Below are positions 39,160 through 54,091 of a stretch of 64,000 nt of DNA, piece after piece. The notes beneath the pieces are model-generated. The model did not search any database, was not told the origin of the DNA, and saw nothing but the letters and a program-made list of their open reading frames with translations. Source of the DNA: the human T2T-CHM13v2.0 reference genome, Homo sapiens; assembly GCF_009914755.1 (NCBI RefSeq), contig NC_060929.1. One strand, written 5' to 3'. Position numbers and translations under genes: made by a program. The stretch's first letter is position 1. Each line of letters opens with the position of its first letter.

Positions 39160-42100
39160 TTTTTGAATCTTGATGTTAGGAATATTTTCCATCAGTGGCA
39201 CACTGGTCATTACATAAAAATGAAAAAATTATAATAGTAACACTGCACTTGGCTTAGCAATAAACAATATTTTCACTATCCCATAATAAGTGTTGATTAC
39301 TGGTTTTTAAATTTTAGAATCAACCTATAGGCAAAGGCTGAAAGATGTGATTATTAATATTGAACAAATATATGAATGTGTCCTAACTTAACATTATAAA
39401 AATAAAGGTAACCTTATATAGCATTGGAAGGTAGAAGATGAGGAAAATATTCAGAACTAACTATAACGGGTAACAATTTGTTGGAAAAGTGAGAGGCTAA
39501 ATCTTAATTTCTCATAGTTGGGAATCATCAATAATGTCTAAAGGTGATAAGAAGTCAGTCTGTGATTTAAAGTTATGGTAATGTCCACAAGAATTAAAAC
39601 ATTTTTAAAAAGTTTAAAAGTGGTTGCCTTCAGAAAGCTGTCAAAGACTACTGACGTCAAATAAAAAAGACTTGGGACAACTTGAAAGGGTTCTTATAGA
39701 CTAAAGATAGGACAATTTAAGCATTATATGTGTGTGTGTATATATATATATATATGTCATATATAACTAATATATATTATATATAATATATGACTAAAAA
39801 ATGTTAAAATCTATGTGTTCACAATGATTCTCAAAAAAAAAAAAAAAAACCCAAACTCTAAAATCTAATATTTTATTGGAAAGGCTGAGGGGATGGTAGG
39901 GAACCAACTCATTTTGTTGAACACTATTAAGGGAAAGAATTCAGTATTTATCTGTCCTTCTCTGTACAAAGTATATCTCAGGGTAAGGTAAAATTCTTCT
40001 TTAAAAAACAATGCTAGTTAATAAATTGAGAAGGAATGAAAGAATACCACTGTTTTGTAACCTCTTAATGCCATAATTGATTTAAGCAATGATCCTTAAT
40101 GCCTGTTAAAACTATTCCATAAAAAGTTGGTAGTTACTATAGACTAGCAATGAACAATCCAAAAGGAAATTAAGAAAGCAATTTCATTTACAAGAGCATC
40201 TAAAATGATTAAATACTGAGAATTTAATCTTAACAAAAAGGTGAAAGATTTGTATGTTGAAAACTACAAAACATTGCTGAAAGAAATTGAAGACCACCTA
40301 TATAAATGGAAAAGCATCCTGTGCTCATGGATAGGAACACTCAACAGTGTCAAGATATCACTACTACCCAAAGGGATCTACAGATTCAATGCAATTCCCA
40401 TCAAAATTTCAAAAGACTTTTTTGCAGAAATGGGAAAGTCAATTACCAGATTCATATCAAATTGCAAGGGGCTCCAAATAGCCAAAACAATCTTGAAAAA
40501 GAAAAGTTGGAAGTCTCAAACTTCTTGACTTTGAAACTTACTACAAAGCTACAGTAATTAAAACAGTATAGTACTGGCACAAGGGCAGCCATATAAAACA
40601 ACAGAATAAAATAAGAAGTCCAGAAACAAACCTCACATATATATAGTCAACTGACTTTTGACAAGGGTGCCAAAACCATTTCATGGAAAAGGACAGTCTT
40701 TTCAACAAATGGTGCTAGGAAAATTAGATATCCACATGTCAAAGAATGAGGTTGGATCTTACCTTACATTACATAAAATAATTAACTCAAAATTGATGAA
40801 AGGCCCAACATTAAGGCCTGAAACCATAAAATTATTAGAAGAAAACACTGGGGAAAATCTTTACGACCGTGGATTCAGCAATAATTTTATGGACATGACA
40901 CCAATAACACAATCAATAAAAGAAAAATTTTGATAAAATTGTACTGCATCAAAAAACTTTTGTGCGTTAAAGGACACCATCAACAGAGTAAAAAGGCAAC
41001 TCAAGGAATGAGAAAATATTTGCAAATCATATATCTGAGAAGGGATTAATATCCAGAATATATGAACTCCCACAACTTTATAACAAAAGAAACCAGATTT
41101 AAAAATAGGCAAAGGGTTTGAATAGATATATCTCCCAAGAAGATATACAAATGACCAATAAGTACACAGAAAGACACTCAATATCATTAGAAAAAAGCAA
41201 ATCAAAACCACAATGAAATGACACTTCAGATCCATTAGGATGGCTATTATATTAATATATATACATAAAAACAAACAGAAAAAACAAATGTTGGTGAGGA
41301 TGTAGAGAAAATGGAACTCTCATACATTGCTAGAGGGAATACAAAATGTTGTAGCTGCTGTGGAAAAGTTTGGCATTTCCTCAAAAAGTTAAATGAAGAA
41401 CTACCATATGACCCAGCAATTCCACTCCTATATACATACAGTACCCCTGAAAAATGAAAGCACGGACTTGAACATATATTTATACACCCATGTTTTTAGC
41501 AGTATTATTTGCAATAGCCAAAAGGTGAAAACAACGCAAGTGACTATCAACAGATAAATGAAGAAGGAAAACGTGGTATTCATATACAATGGAATATTAT
41601 TATTCAGCCATTAAAAAATTAAATTTTGATATATGCCATGTCATAAATAAACCCTGAAACCATTATGCTAAGTGAAATAAGCCAGAAACAGAAGGACAAA
41701 TATTGTATGATTTCACCTATATGAGGTACCTAGAATAGACAAATTCATAGTGACAGAGAGCAGAGGAGAGGTTACCAGGCTGAGGGGAAAGAAGAATAGG
41801 GAATTACTGTTTAATGTATACAGGATTTATGTTGGATATAATGAAAAAGTTTTGCATGGTAGTGACGATTACACAACATTGTAAATGGAATTAATGCTAG
41901 TGAACTGTATACTTACAAATGTTTAAACTGTTAGTATAATGTGCTATGTATATTTTCAACTGTGGAGCTCTTTGATTAAAAGGAGAGATAATTGGATATT
42001 ACATGCCTCTTGATGTGATACAATAGGAAATATACGTGATACAACAGGAAATCACTGGATATTTAATGATAATAAGAAATTATGGCTAATTGTTTAGATG

Positions 42101-42370
42101 TGATAATGACACTAAGGTTCTGTTTTTTTTAAAAAGTTATTTTCATTTAGAGATTATATTAAAAAATTTCCAGAGAATATAAAAAATGATATATGGGATC
42201 TGCTTTAAAATAATTCAGTGAATTGAAGGGAATTAGAGTATGGATGAAGAAAGGGTAGCTTTCGGTTGATAATTGTTGAGACTGGTTGATGGACACATGG
42301 GTGTTATTATACCTTTCTCTTTGCTTTTGAATATGCTTGAAATTTCCCACAGTCCAAAAAAATTGAAATG
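39160..42370 (+). mobile_element. L1MB ORF2/3' end (about 40130-41960) nested in older L1MC 3' fragments
   Basis: ORF track 40241-40528 (KDLYVENYKTLLKEI...KWKSILCSWIG...IYRFNAIPIKI) and 40658-40933 are L1 ORF2p remnants. Confidence 0.85.
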
Positions 42371-43097
42371 CACCTGAGAAATGGTACTACAAGTGAGGAG
42401 AGACAGGGAGACTACTGTCATCATTTTAAACCATTCTTTTCCAAATTTTTTTCAACCTTATACATAAATTTTAAGAGAAAAAATTAGGATATTATGGAGA
42501 AGACAAACATGGACTCCTCTAACAGACTCCTGTTACATGGCAGAATATCAGAACAAGGTAACAATTCTTAAAGATGAAAAGGCAACTTTAAGACAGAGAA
42601 AACTTGTGTGTATTTAGTGACTAAATAACCTTACGGAATTAGGTATATTAAAAGGTAGTAGAGATGGGAAAAAATGTGCTGGCATGTCAATTGATGAGTT
42701 TCAGAAGGTTTAAACAAATAAATAATAAAAAAGTCCTTACATGGTTTTTGAAGAAATGACCCATGGTTTGTCTTTTAAGATTAATACCTTCCCATAAAAC
42801 CTTTACTGCTATCATTTTCAGACAGATCCCTGATTTATATGAACTAGTCAGTTCCAACTTTTTTATTACCTTATACCCACAAGAAAGTAAGTATTTAATA
42901 TGTTCTATGTAAGGTTTTAAGTAGGCATAAAACTCAAGTTCTGGGTTACTTGAGTTTTCCAAGAATGAAAATTTTCAAGCAGCACAAGAGATCACTGATT
43001 TCTATGGAAAAACCATACAGAGACTAGCTTTGGCAGAGCAAAAGAGAAAATCCAGTAGCCTAAACCTAACAATATTTAATACACATTACAAAGATCA

Positions 43098-43355
<258 letters not shown>

Positions 43356-43834
43356 TCAAAACCACACAACGTTTTAAACTTCAAATTAGATGCTTATGAA
43401 AATAGTACAAAATGTTCAAGGGGAAAAAGTGGTTATATAATTCTAGAAAATAGTGAAATAAAATTTAAATTTAAAAGATGAGATTTTAAAATAACCACTA
43501 AACACAAGTCTTCAATATTTGTTAAAACAGAGAATATAAAGCTATAAGAAACATTTTACTTATGAAAAAAAGTAAGACTTGGAACAAGATTAAGGAACTT
43601 GTTTAAAATTACATGGTTAACAGCAGATTTGGAACTAAAGTCCGGGACTGCTAACTCCCTGCCCAGGACCCAATCACCTGAGACTGATTTTTAACTCTCT
43701 TAAAGACAGTATATTGCTTATGAATTGAGGCTCCATCAACCCTAAGCTACAAACAAGTTTTCACAAATAACATAAACAAGTTAGAAGCTGATATACAGAT
43801 ACTACAACTAGTCAGCTTAAGAATTTTAAGGAAG

Positions 43835-44464
43835 TAGTTTACAGTCCCACCAACAGTGTAAAGGTGTTCCTATTTACTAGTTCAACCATTGTGGAAGACA
43901 GTGTGGTGATTTTTCAAGGATCTAGAACTAGAAATACCATTTGACCCAGCGATCCCATTACTGGGTATATACCCAAAGGATTATAAATCATGCTGCTATA
44001 AAGACACATGTACACATATGTTTATTGTGGCACTATTCACAATAGCAAAGACTTGGAATCAACCCAAACATCCATCAATGATAGACTGGATTAAGAAAAT
44101 GCACACACCATGGAATACTATGTAGCCATAAAAACGGATGAGTTCACGTCCTTTGTAGGGACACGGATGAAGCTGGAAACCACCATTCTGAGCAAACTAT
44201 CGCAAGGACAGAAAACCAAACACCGCATGTTCTCACTCATAGGTGGGAACTGAACAATGAGAACACCTGGACACAGGGTGGGGAACATCACACACCGGGG
44301 CCTGTTGTGGGGTGGGAGGAGTGGGGAAGGATAGCATTAGGAGAAATACCTAATGTAAATGATGAGTTAATGGGTGCAGCACACCAACATGGCACATGTA
44401 TACATATGTAACAAACCTGCACGTTGTGCACATGTACCCTAGAACTTAAAGTATAAAAAAAAAA
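43835..44464 (+). mobile_element. L1PA (about PA4-PA6) 3' end with 5' inversion and 16-bp TSD
   Basis: TSD aagaattttaaggaag at 43819-43834 and 44465-44480; inverted piece 43835-43875; canonical ...gtaccctagaacttaaagtat plus poly-A end. Confidence 0.96.
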
Positions 44465-44573
44465 AAGAATTTTAAGGAAGAAAAGAATGGTGGGGGATGG
44501 GGGCGGTAGGAAAGAGGGAAACCAAATATGAAAGCAGATGCACAGCATTACTTCAAAACGTATCCATACCCAC

Positions 44574-45071
44574 TGCGTAGGCTGAATAATGCCTCCCCAA
44601 TATTTAAGTCCTAATCCCTGGAACCTGTGAATGTTACTTTATACGGAGAAAGAGGCTTTGCAAATGTGATTAAGTTAAACGATCTTGAAATGGGGAGATT
44701 ATTCGGTATTATCTGGGTGGGCCCTAATTGTACTCACAAGTGCCATTATAAGAGGAGAGAAGGAGATTAGACTAACAGAGAGGGGGTGGCAATGCAACTA
44801 TGGTGCCAGAGATTTGAGTGTTGTAGCCAATGGTAAGGAATGCCAGCAGCCACTAGAAGCTGGGAAGAGTCAAGGGACAGATTCTCCTCTGGAGACACTG
44901 TTGGCGAAAGGAGCCGGCCCTGCTGACATCTTGATTTTAGCCCTGTAAGTCTCAGTTCAGACTTAGTTACAGATGTACAGCTCTGGCCGGAAATGGAGAG
45001 GATAAATTTGTGTTGCTTTACACCCCTATATTTGTGCTAAAATGTTATGGCAGCGATAGAAAACTAATACA
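44574..45071. mobile_element. MLT1D-like MaLR solo LTR
   Basis: TG...CA termini; gtcctaatccctggaacctgtgaatgttac and aaactaataca; TSD cccac/ctcac. Confidence 0.88.
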
Positions 45072-45927
45072 CTCACAAAGGTACTTTCCTCAGGAAATGA
45101 AAAGTCAGTATTTTTCCATATAAGAAAACAAACAACACTTTTTACTGGCACTATTTGTTGTCAACTCCAAATAATTTGAAAATACTTATACTTGCAATTT
45201 ATTATGACTTCACCTAGTGATTTTTATTAATTTCAGCAATTTAAATGCCTTGTTCCTAATACATCTCATGCCTTAACTTTCCTTTCAGTGTTACAAATCT
45301 TGAATGTATTCTCTGGCAAAGGAAAGGTGAGCATTCCCTCTAGAAAACTCAAGGTAGTTATCATATTAGAAGTGTTACTGTCAGTTAAGAACTATTTAAT
45401 CTTCAGAATTAGTTGGGACATCTATGTTAGTCTTGAGTGAATCAAAAGAAAAGCTAAAAAAAATTATTACAACCTTTTAAAATAATTTCTATTAAGCAAC
45501 TAGTAATCTTATTTCCTTTTCAAATGACTCACTAGTTCCAATTTTTCTTTCATGATAACCAAGCCATGACTTCAAGTTTTATTACATCATTAAATATAAA
45601 GTCTCTAATAGACAGTAAGTAACCTTTCAAACTCCCGAAAAGTAAAAAGAGGCAATTAAGGATTACTCCTCAAACTACTTATTAGGATTACTTAATGCAA
45701 ACTGGCACAACTCAAAGAAAAACACTCTTTACTTTGTCCAAACTACTGGATTTTGAACATAGTAACTCCAGAAGTAAGTTTGGACTCTGGATTGCCAGAA
45801 ACATTTACAAAGTCTATGCTTTAACATTCATTTACCAACAGGTAAGCCTGTTGCTCCTAAAGTCTCTTGTTTTACACAAATCTCTAAAAAACTAGTTATA
45901 AAACCCTGTATAAAAACTAGTATGTTA

Positions 45928-46192
45928 GGCTGGGCATGGTGGCTCATGCCTGTAAATCCCACCACTTTGGGAGGCCAAAGTGAGAGAACTGCTTGAGCTC
46001 AGGAGTTCGAGACCAGCCTGGGCAACATAAGGAGACCCTGTCTCTACAAAAAAATATTTTTAAAATTGGCCAGGCATGGTGGTGTGCACCTGTGGTCCTA
46101 GCAACTCAGAAGGTGGAAGTAGGACGATCCCTTGACTGCACCCCAGCCTGGGCGACAGAGAGAGACTATGTCTCAAAAAAAAAAAAAAAAAA
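45928..46192 (+). mobile_element. AluJ-like with right-arm deletion
   Basis: Dimer missing part of the right arm; TSD tagtatgtta. Confidence 0.9.
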
Positions 46193-46977
46193 GTAGTAGT
46201 ATGTTAGAAGAGTGTTAAAGGCAGACATAAAAACAGGAAGAAAAGAAAAGTGACATTTTGATAAGTAGATTACAAAATTCTATTTAAAAACAGGCACAAG
46301 AACTAAAATGGAATATCTTTTTGGGGCTGAATGGGGTTAGATCAATGATGTGTACACACTTCAAAATATTTCAAGAATACTATATCATTATATTAAAAGT
46401 ACAATACTAGAATTGTTCTTTATTATAATGATTTGAATTCATCAAGAAAAGGTGAAACTGTGCTCATTATGCCTTAGTTGAAGACATAGTATGAACAAAA
46501 GTTTAAGGATAATAGTAAGAATATTAAGGCAAATACAAATAAAAGAATAAGAAAGATTTTCATCTGAAATGGTTAAAAGTTTGCCACCTACGTGATGTGC
46601 TTCAGTTATATGGAGAATTAGCATATGCAGAATACTTCAGTCATAAAACATCACAGATGAAAGGGACCATAGAGACTCTCTCTTAACCTACCCCAATTCT
46701 TCCAACTGCAGGGTAAAGGAGGTGTTCCTGACTTCAGCTCTGTTTATGTTATGATCTACTTATATTTTAACAGTGTAACAGTTATAACTTATTTTGCTCC
46801 CACAGGTTTTCCAGCTCAGTTTTAGAGATTCTCTTAGTACTTGTATATACTAAGTTATCAGAAAGAATCCATGTCTTCTGAAATTTAAGGTAGTCAAAAA
46901 TCATATAGCTAAAGTAGAAAACTAAATAAATAGGTACATAAATAAGTACATCATTTTACAATTAAACACCATATTAA

Positions 46978-47288
<311 letters not shown>

Positions 47289-47520
47289 AAGTGAAGTAAA
47301 TTCAAGGGAGTTGATTATTTAGATTTAATATTTATCTTTATAATTAAGAAGTAGAGATATTTTAAAAGAATCATGGAACCAAATTAATTTATCTGAACTG
47401 CATTATGAATCCTGAGTTGGCGGGGGTGGGGGTGGGGGCAGCGAGAATAGTTTTATCTCTAACAAAGCAGGAAAATTCAATTCTTCCAAAACAAAAGGAA
47501 CATTTTACCCTAAAACTGTA

Positions 47521-47719
47521 CAAGATGAGTATCTCTAATCCAAAATTCTAAAATCTGAAATGCTCCCAAATCCGAAACTTTCTGAGCGCCTGCATGACAC
47601 TCAAAGGAAATGTCCACTGGAACATTTCAAATTTCTGATTTCTAGATTAGGGAAGCTTAATTGGTAAGTATAATGCAAATATTCCATAACCCAAAACACT
47701 TCTGGACCCAAGTATTTTG
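47521..47719. mobile_element. Tigger4-like (Zombi) MITE
   Basis: tgagtatctctaatccaaaatt...aaatgctcccaaatccgaaacttt...ttttggataagggacactcaac inverted termini. Confidence 0.8.
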
Positions 47720-48597
47720 GATAAGGGACACTCAACATGCACTATCTCAAGGGAATCATGGGGATAAAGAGAATCACTACATTTGATGATCACAGCCTAA
47801 AAGGATAAAATATGTCTGTTTAGTTTTCATGAAAAATGGGCTCCAAGCTAAGCTACAGTTGGAGAAGAGTAGTTGAATTAAAATATATATATATAAAATA
47901 ATATTTAAATTGGGGAATGAGAAAGGCACACGAAGAAACTAAATTAATAACAAACTAACAGAAGTACACATTCCAAATTCAACTTTCCAAGCAAGAGATG
48001 CAAAGTGGAATACAGGATAACTAATTCATCAAATAGTACATTGTACAAGGGCATATGGAATAAGACATATGACCAGCTTACAATCCAGCAAAGATAAACA
48101 GAGGTAAGTACCATAAAAATGGCATGAATGAAGTATTATGGGAATACAGAAAAGGGAAATTTTGCTCAGAACTAAGGGGGACAAAAGATGAAGAAATGTT
48201 TTATAGAGAAGGTGACACTTGAACCCCTGGAAACAGGTATAGAAAGATAGATTAAACTCTGACGGTTATGAAAAGAGAAACAAGCAGAAGCAAGTGGAAA
48301 GGAAGCATTTCAAGCAAAGGAAAAGGAATATTAGCAACGTCCAGAGGTGAAAAGCCACATACAAATGTTTGGAGAGTATGTTTTCTTACAACCTAGAGTG
48401 CATGGAAGGGGTCACTCAGATGTGGGTCTACAAAGCTAGACTGGAATCAGATTACAGAGGAATAAACTAAGGGACTTAATTGTAGGCAGGATGAGATTAC
48501 TGAGCAAGCACAGGGTTTTAAAGTGGGTTATGACACTTAACCTGATATGTAAGCCTACTAAGCAAGTGACTTCTCTGAGTGAAATAACAATAATTAT

Positions 48598-49133
48598 TGT
48601 GGTTTTCTACTGTGTCAACTTGGCTAAGCTAGAATTCTGTTCCCCAGGATCCACTTCCCTGTATGGTCAAAAGTTAGAGCAATCTGTGTGAGACTTGTAT
48701 GGTGGAAGTCAAGTAACACTCATTACCCTGGTTATGGTTAGAGGAGGTAAGCAACAAAGGCAGTGATGCTGGTAGAGTCCAGCTTGCCCTCATTCTCCCA
48801 TATACTTGTCATCCAAATTCTTCTTACTCTTGCCCTGGTTACGTCAGGCCCACATACAGATGCAGGAGCACCAGCCCTTCACAGACTTATCCACCACAGT
48901 CACAATCTGGCAGGTGACTGTGTCTGGCTTTCTAGATTTCCCTGTATGGCCTGACTTGTCCACCTGTGCCACTGTTTCAGGAGACTTGTCAGTGATTTTC
49001 CCTGACCCTCCAACTACCCCTTTTAGGTTCTTCTCCATCTTCTTCCACACTTGTGTATAAAATCCTATTTCTATTACAGCCTTTATTCTTTCATACTCAT
49101 AGTGGTTTTACCTCTCTGAGTTCTGACTAAGAC
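48598..49133. mobile_element. ERVL-class solo LTR (LTR41-like) inserted in a MIR
   Basis: tgtgg...tgtgtcaacttggctaagctagaa...cttccctgtatgg start and ctgactaagaca end; MIR halves on both sides. Confidence 0.6.
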
Positions 49134-49399
49134 AAAAATGTCTATTCTCAGAGAGTTGATATGGGGATTCAATGAGACTGTATGTAAAGTATCAGATGGT
49201 AGTGGGCAAACAGCAGCTGGTTAATAAATACATTATTTTCCTCTTAGTCTGTAGATCAGGGATTATAAGTTGCTAATTTATGGAGGACAACTGGTGTAAC
49301 TGGCAAATTAAAAACAAAAACTGAAAAGGAGATTAAAATTAAACTCAAAATTCCAGATTGCTGGCTTCCCCCAGGCCAAAAAAATTTTTTTAAAAAATC

Positions 49400-50450
49400 A
49401 ATAAATCTACGTTATTTCTGAATAGCATCAACAGGCTGAAGAGGAGAATGACAGTTTTAAAAATATGCAGTTTGAGATACTGAAGTCATATCGAGAAAGA
49501 TGCCTCGCAAGCAAATGGAAAGAGGGCTATGCAGCACAGAAGTAACAGTGCAGACTGGGAAACACAGTTTTGGGTGCCATCAACACAGAGATAATTAATA
49601 AAGAACCATCTGTTAGTTTGTTCAACTATGTGCCAAGCATGTTACAGGTGTAGAGGATACATCAGTTTGTAACATAGGCAAAAAACTCTGTTCTCATGAG
49701 GTTTAAGTGAGAAGAAGCAGACAATAAACAAATAGATAAAACATAGGTCGTTTATAAAATAGTAAGTGATGTGGAGAAAGATAAATCTAGAAAGGGGGTT
49801 AGAGAATGGGATGTGTATGTGCAGTTGGTTTGCAATTCTATTATAAATACTGCATGTGTATCTGGGTGGTTTGCAATTTTAAATCACGAGCTTGAACCAA
49901 GATCTGAAGGATGTGAAAGAAAACCAGGTGTATGCTGGGGGTGGAGGATGATGGAGGAAGATTCTATGTACAATGAACAGCATGTACAAAAGCCTTGAGA
50001 TTTAGGAAGAACTATTCAGAGAAAAGAAAGCTGAACTGAGGTAAAGAAGTGACAGGAAGAAACAAAGATGGTGAAGGAACCAGAAGTAATTCATGAGGAA
50101 GTAGGACAAGTGGAATGTGACGTTTTAAGAAAGAAGTGGGGAGGTTAATAGCTCAAATGCTTCAATAAATATAAGATGAGGAATGAGAAAAAGATATTGG
50201 ATTTGAAATACAGATCACTCATGACTTTCAAAGACAAACTTCCTAAGTTGCTAAAGGCTTACACAGAGAATTACAGAACAAGTCATTTGTGAAGAAAGGT
50301 GAATAGTACATTTGGAACACTTTTCCAAAGACAGTAACAATAAAAAAGAAAAAGAGAGAACACAATGACTTGATGGGTTGCCAAATTGCAGGACTACTTT
50401 TTAGAAAGAGGTTTCACTTGCTAGTATAGATGGTGATGAGAAGGGGAAAG
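49400..50450. mobile_element. L2 fragments
   Basis: actatgtgccaagcatgtt and taagatgaggaatgagaaaa...ttggatttg motifs; approximate. Confidence 0.5.
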
Positions 50451-52316
50451 AAAACTAAACCAAAATCCTTTAGGGTAGTACTTCCCAGCCTATCTAACCT
50501 CATAGCACACAAAGAAAATTATAATATTTGGTATTTGTAGGCCATACTGTAATACTGAGGAAGATGCTCCTGGCCGGAGACAACCTTACGAGGGACTCCA
50601 GATACCCAGGTCCTGCTTGGTTGTTCCAAAGGCTGAAGGGGCTATACTTTGGTATAATAACCTATTTAAGATATACAAATACACTGTGACACTATGATTA
50701 AAAGGCCTTCCTCTAGGGCTTTAGGCCTCAAACCTACCAAGCCAAATTTATAGATAGAAGGAAGATATACGCTTTGGGCATGAACTATAGCCCATCACTG
50801 ATGATCCTAATGGGTACAGCCTACTCAAGCCATACCAATTCAAAATCATGACTTGTATAACTCAGGAAGATTTTTTCCTGACAGGACCCATTAGACAGTG
50901 TCATGTTTGGGCAGCCCCTCTGTTTCATATTCCAGAGAATATAATCCCAATGTCTTGGAAATAATATCAGCTGTCTCACAGGTGAGGTGACTCCTTAGCC
51001 AGAGTGTACACTAATACCACCTACAATAGTAAACACCAGATCCTGTCTTCTTAGAAATTCTTAGAGCCGCCAGATTTCCTCTTTGTACAACTATAACTAT
51101 ATCCCTCTTGATCATGTGGTGATGACTAGTAACATAATTGTTATTGCCAGCTCCTCCCACCCTCCATCTCATAGAGACTCAGGCACACACAAAAACTATG
51201 GTGTCATAATTATAGTATGGCTTCAGAGGAAACTCCAGGACAGTGTTCTATATACCCCTTAGAGACACATACTCTACAACTACCTAAATTGAAGGAGGGA
51301 GTGAAGAGGTGAGAAGAGGAGGAAATACTTGATAGGACAAAATCCCAGAATGTATACAAGGCTATGGGATTAAGGAATATTTGTTAGAAATATCTTTTTA
51401 TACAGGTTTATGATTTACAAACCACTTTCCCCCATATCTCTTATAATACTAACAACAATCCTAAAGAAAGATGGAATTCTTTCTACTCTGTTGATGAGGA
51501 AACCCTCCGAGAAATTACATGAGGAGCCAAGGTCACTCAGTTGGTGTCAGGGCTGAGACAAGAACACTGATCTGTTCTTTCTGCTACATTATGCTAGCAA
51601 AGGGATGGAGATAACAAATAATTATATGGAAAACTGCTGTGATGAGGAAGAAAGTGAAATTCACTCAGAGAGTCTCCATGACCTGGCCTTTTTCTTTTTA
51701 GAAAAGAAGAATGGAAGCTTATTTATCTCCAAATGGAAATTTCAACTTGAGAGAATTCAGGCTATTGATGTGCTGACACTTAGTGACTATCACATCATTA
51801 TTCTAGTTCTGCCAAAGTGGAAAAAAACATGAAAGAAAAGACTGTATTAATGTTTGCACTGAATATAAGCTAAGCAGCAAAATGTTTTACAACTATGACT
51901 AATAATAATTTTGTTAAGGAAAATAAAAATGTTCATTTCTTCATGAACTTGTGCATTCATATTTAATATTCTATATTTGGTCTAGCCTTTTAGAGTTATG
52001 CCAAAGAAAACCTGTTGTTTTCTAATGATAGTGTAAGAAACAATCCCAAGATATTTTCATGCAGATAACACTTGAATAGATTACTAGAAAACATCATATG
52101 AACATCCCAGCCTGAATAACACCTGAATGATTACTGACCAAAGAGGCTTCAAATAGACAAAATGGTGTCAAAAGAGAATCAGGAAAGTGACAAAGAAGAA
52201 AATTATGCTGCACCAAGGGTTGAGAAAAACTTCTGAGGTTCTCCATACTGAAGACACCAAGATGTTGTCTAAGGGAACAAAAGAAACTACATGTTCACTT
52301 ATTTAAGATGTCTTAC

Positions 52317-52362
52317 CATGAGATTCAAGTCCAGCTCCCTGTGCCAGTCCATTGTCATAGGA
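52317..52362 (-). CDS. PGGT1B: PGGT1B exon 6
   Basis: tttttcag|TCC TAT GAC AAT...TCT CAT G|gtaaga; 46 nt; SYDNGLAQGAGLESH. Confidence 0.96.
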
Positions 52363-53089
52363 CTGAAAAAGAAAAACATTGTTCAGTTTAATAGGGAAAT
52401 AATAATAATAATAAATGAATAAATAAGTTGCCAATGAACTAAGTTTTTTAGGTCTCTTTAAATTTTATTTCTCCTTTACATCTTCCAAAATATGCGTTTT
52501 TCCCCATGGAGAAGTAGTATTAGGCATTTTCAAATACCTGATTTTCTCTTCTTATTCACCAAGCCAAATCACTAAATGCATACACTAGGCACATTCTGAG
52601 AATAGATTATTCAAAGTTATCTACATATTCAATCCCTACTCAATAAAAGCTCCAAACCTTACTCCTTTACTATTGCAAGTATACGTGAGTTGGAGGAAAA
52701 TGTAAGGATTTCATACTGATAGAACATTATAAACATGAAACAAGTCTATTCTGAGGCAGTCTGGGGTCACTGAGAATAATGGTAGCCATTATTGGGTACC
52801 ATTATTTGAATCTCCCCACATACACTCCAAAATCAAAACAGAAGAAGAACAATAAAACTTTGAAATCTCAAATCTTAGCAAAGCAAGAAGACACACTCAA
52901 GCTTCAGATTACCTGTCTACAGAAAAAGAAACATCAAATCCCAGCAAGCCGTCTATTGCAACTCTACACACCTTTGCAGAGAGCAAGGGTGATTTATGAA
53001 AAATCATGAGAGGAGGGGAGCTAACAGTAGTTCTGAGATTGATCTAAAATCACTGCCTAAGAGAAAGTCCACCCTAAATATGAGAAATA

Positions 53090-54091
53090 CAGGCAGTTCT
53101 CACTTTGCACAGTTCTCTTATGCACACATTCCAGTTGCCATGGTTTAGCTAAATAACACAACAAACTTCAGTAACCACAGCAGCATATTAACCATAATTG
53201 CAAAAAGTACAAAACTCCGTTGCTGGCTCTTCACTCTGCAAATCACTACATAAATAACACATGTGCATCGCGATCAGTGATCAATCATACCACCTTTTTC
53301 AAAGTCTGTTAGGAATTGGTCATTGCTCATGTTATTCAGTTCACACACAGATAGCAGACTGTGGTTGTGTTCTTTGTCTCTCAGTGATAAACCCACATGA
53401 TGTTTTATTAAAAGGCATAACAGAAAGAGGGGCTTGGCCAACAACGATGAAAGTGCAGTAAAGAAATAAAAAGCATTAACACTGGGTATGAACTTAAAAT
53501 TAGAGTTATAGAAGAAACAGCTATTACGGGAATGTTGATAATATTGCTGTTTGAGACTCTAGGTATACCACCAGAAGAACTAAGTGAAGGTGAAACATCT
53601 ATAAGCAAGGGAAGAGCTTGTGATAAAAAAAGAGGAAGATGTTCTAGGGAACTGCTATGGGCAAAAAAACTTCACATAAAAGGAATTCTCAGCGACTTCA
53701 CAACACTGAAAACACAAAACACACAACGTTGGAAGCTGATAGAAACTTAGATTGTGGTCATTTGCCAAGACACAGAAAAAATACTCCATCTTATAATTTA
53801 TATAATGAGAAGAAGGCAATATTCACAATATTTCTAATGTTTTAAATTATAGTATACCATATACTGATTTTACTATTTAAAACATCATAGTATACTATAT
53901 ACTGATTTTACTATTTAAAACATCATACATTTATAACTGACAGGAAGAGTTTTCAAAGTTTTGGCAAAAATTTTAAAGGTCATAAAACAATCATAATTTT
54001 TCCCATTGATGATTAAAATCACCTTGTATCATTTCAGCTTGTGTGGTTATCATTATAGTATGGCACTGTCATGCAAAATGAGGATAGCCTG
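53090..54091. mobile_element. Tigger6-like TcMar DNA transposon
   Basis: TA|caggcagttctcactttgca ... tgcaaaatgaggatagcctg inverted termini about 1 kb apart. Confidence 0.8.
53849..53927. repeat. 38-bp tandem duplication
   Basis: atagtatacYatatactgattttactatttaaaacatc twice, one mismatch. Confidence 0.92.
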
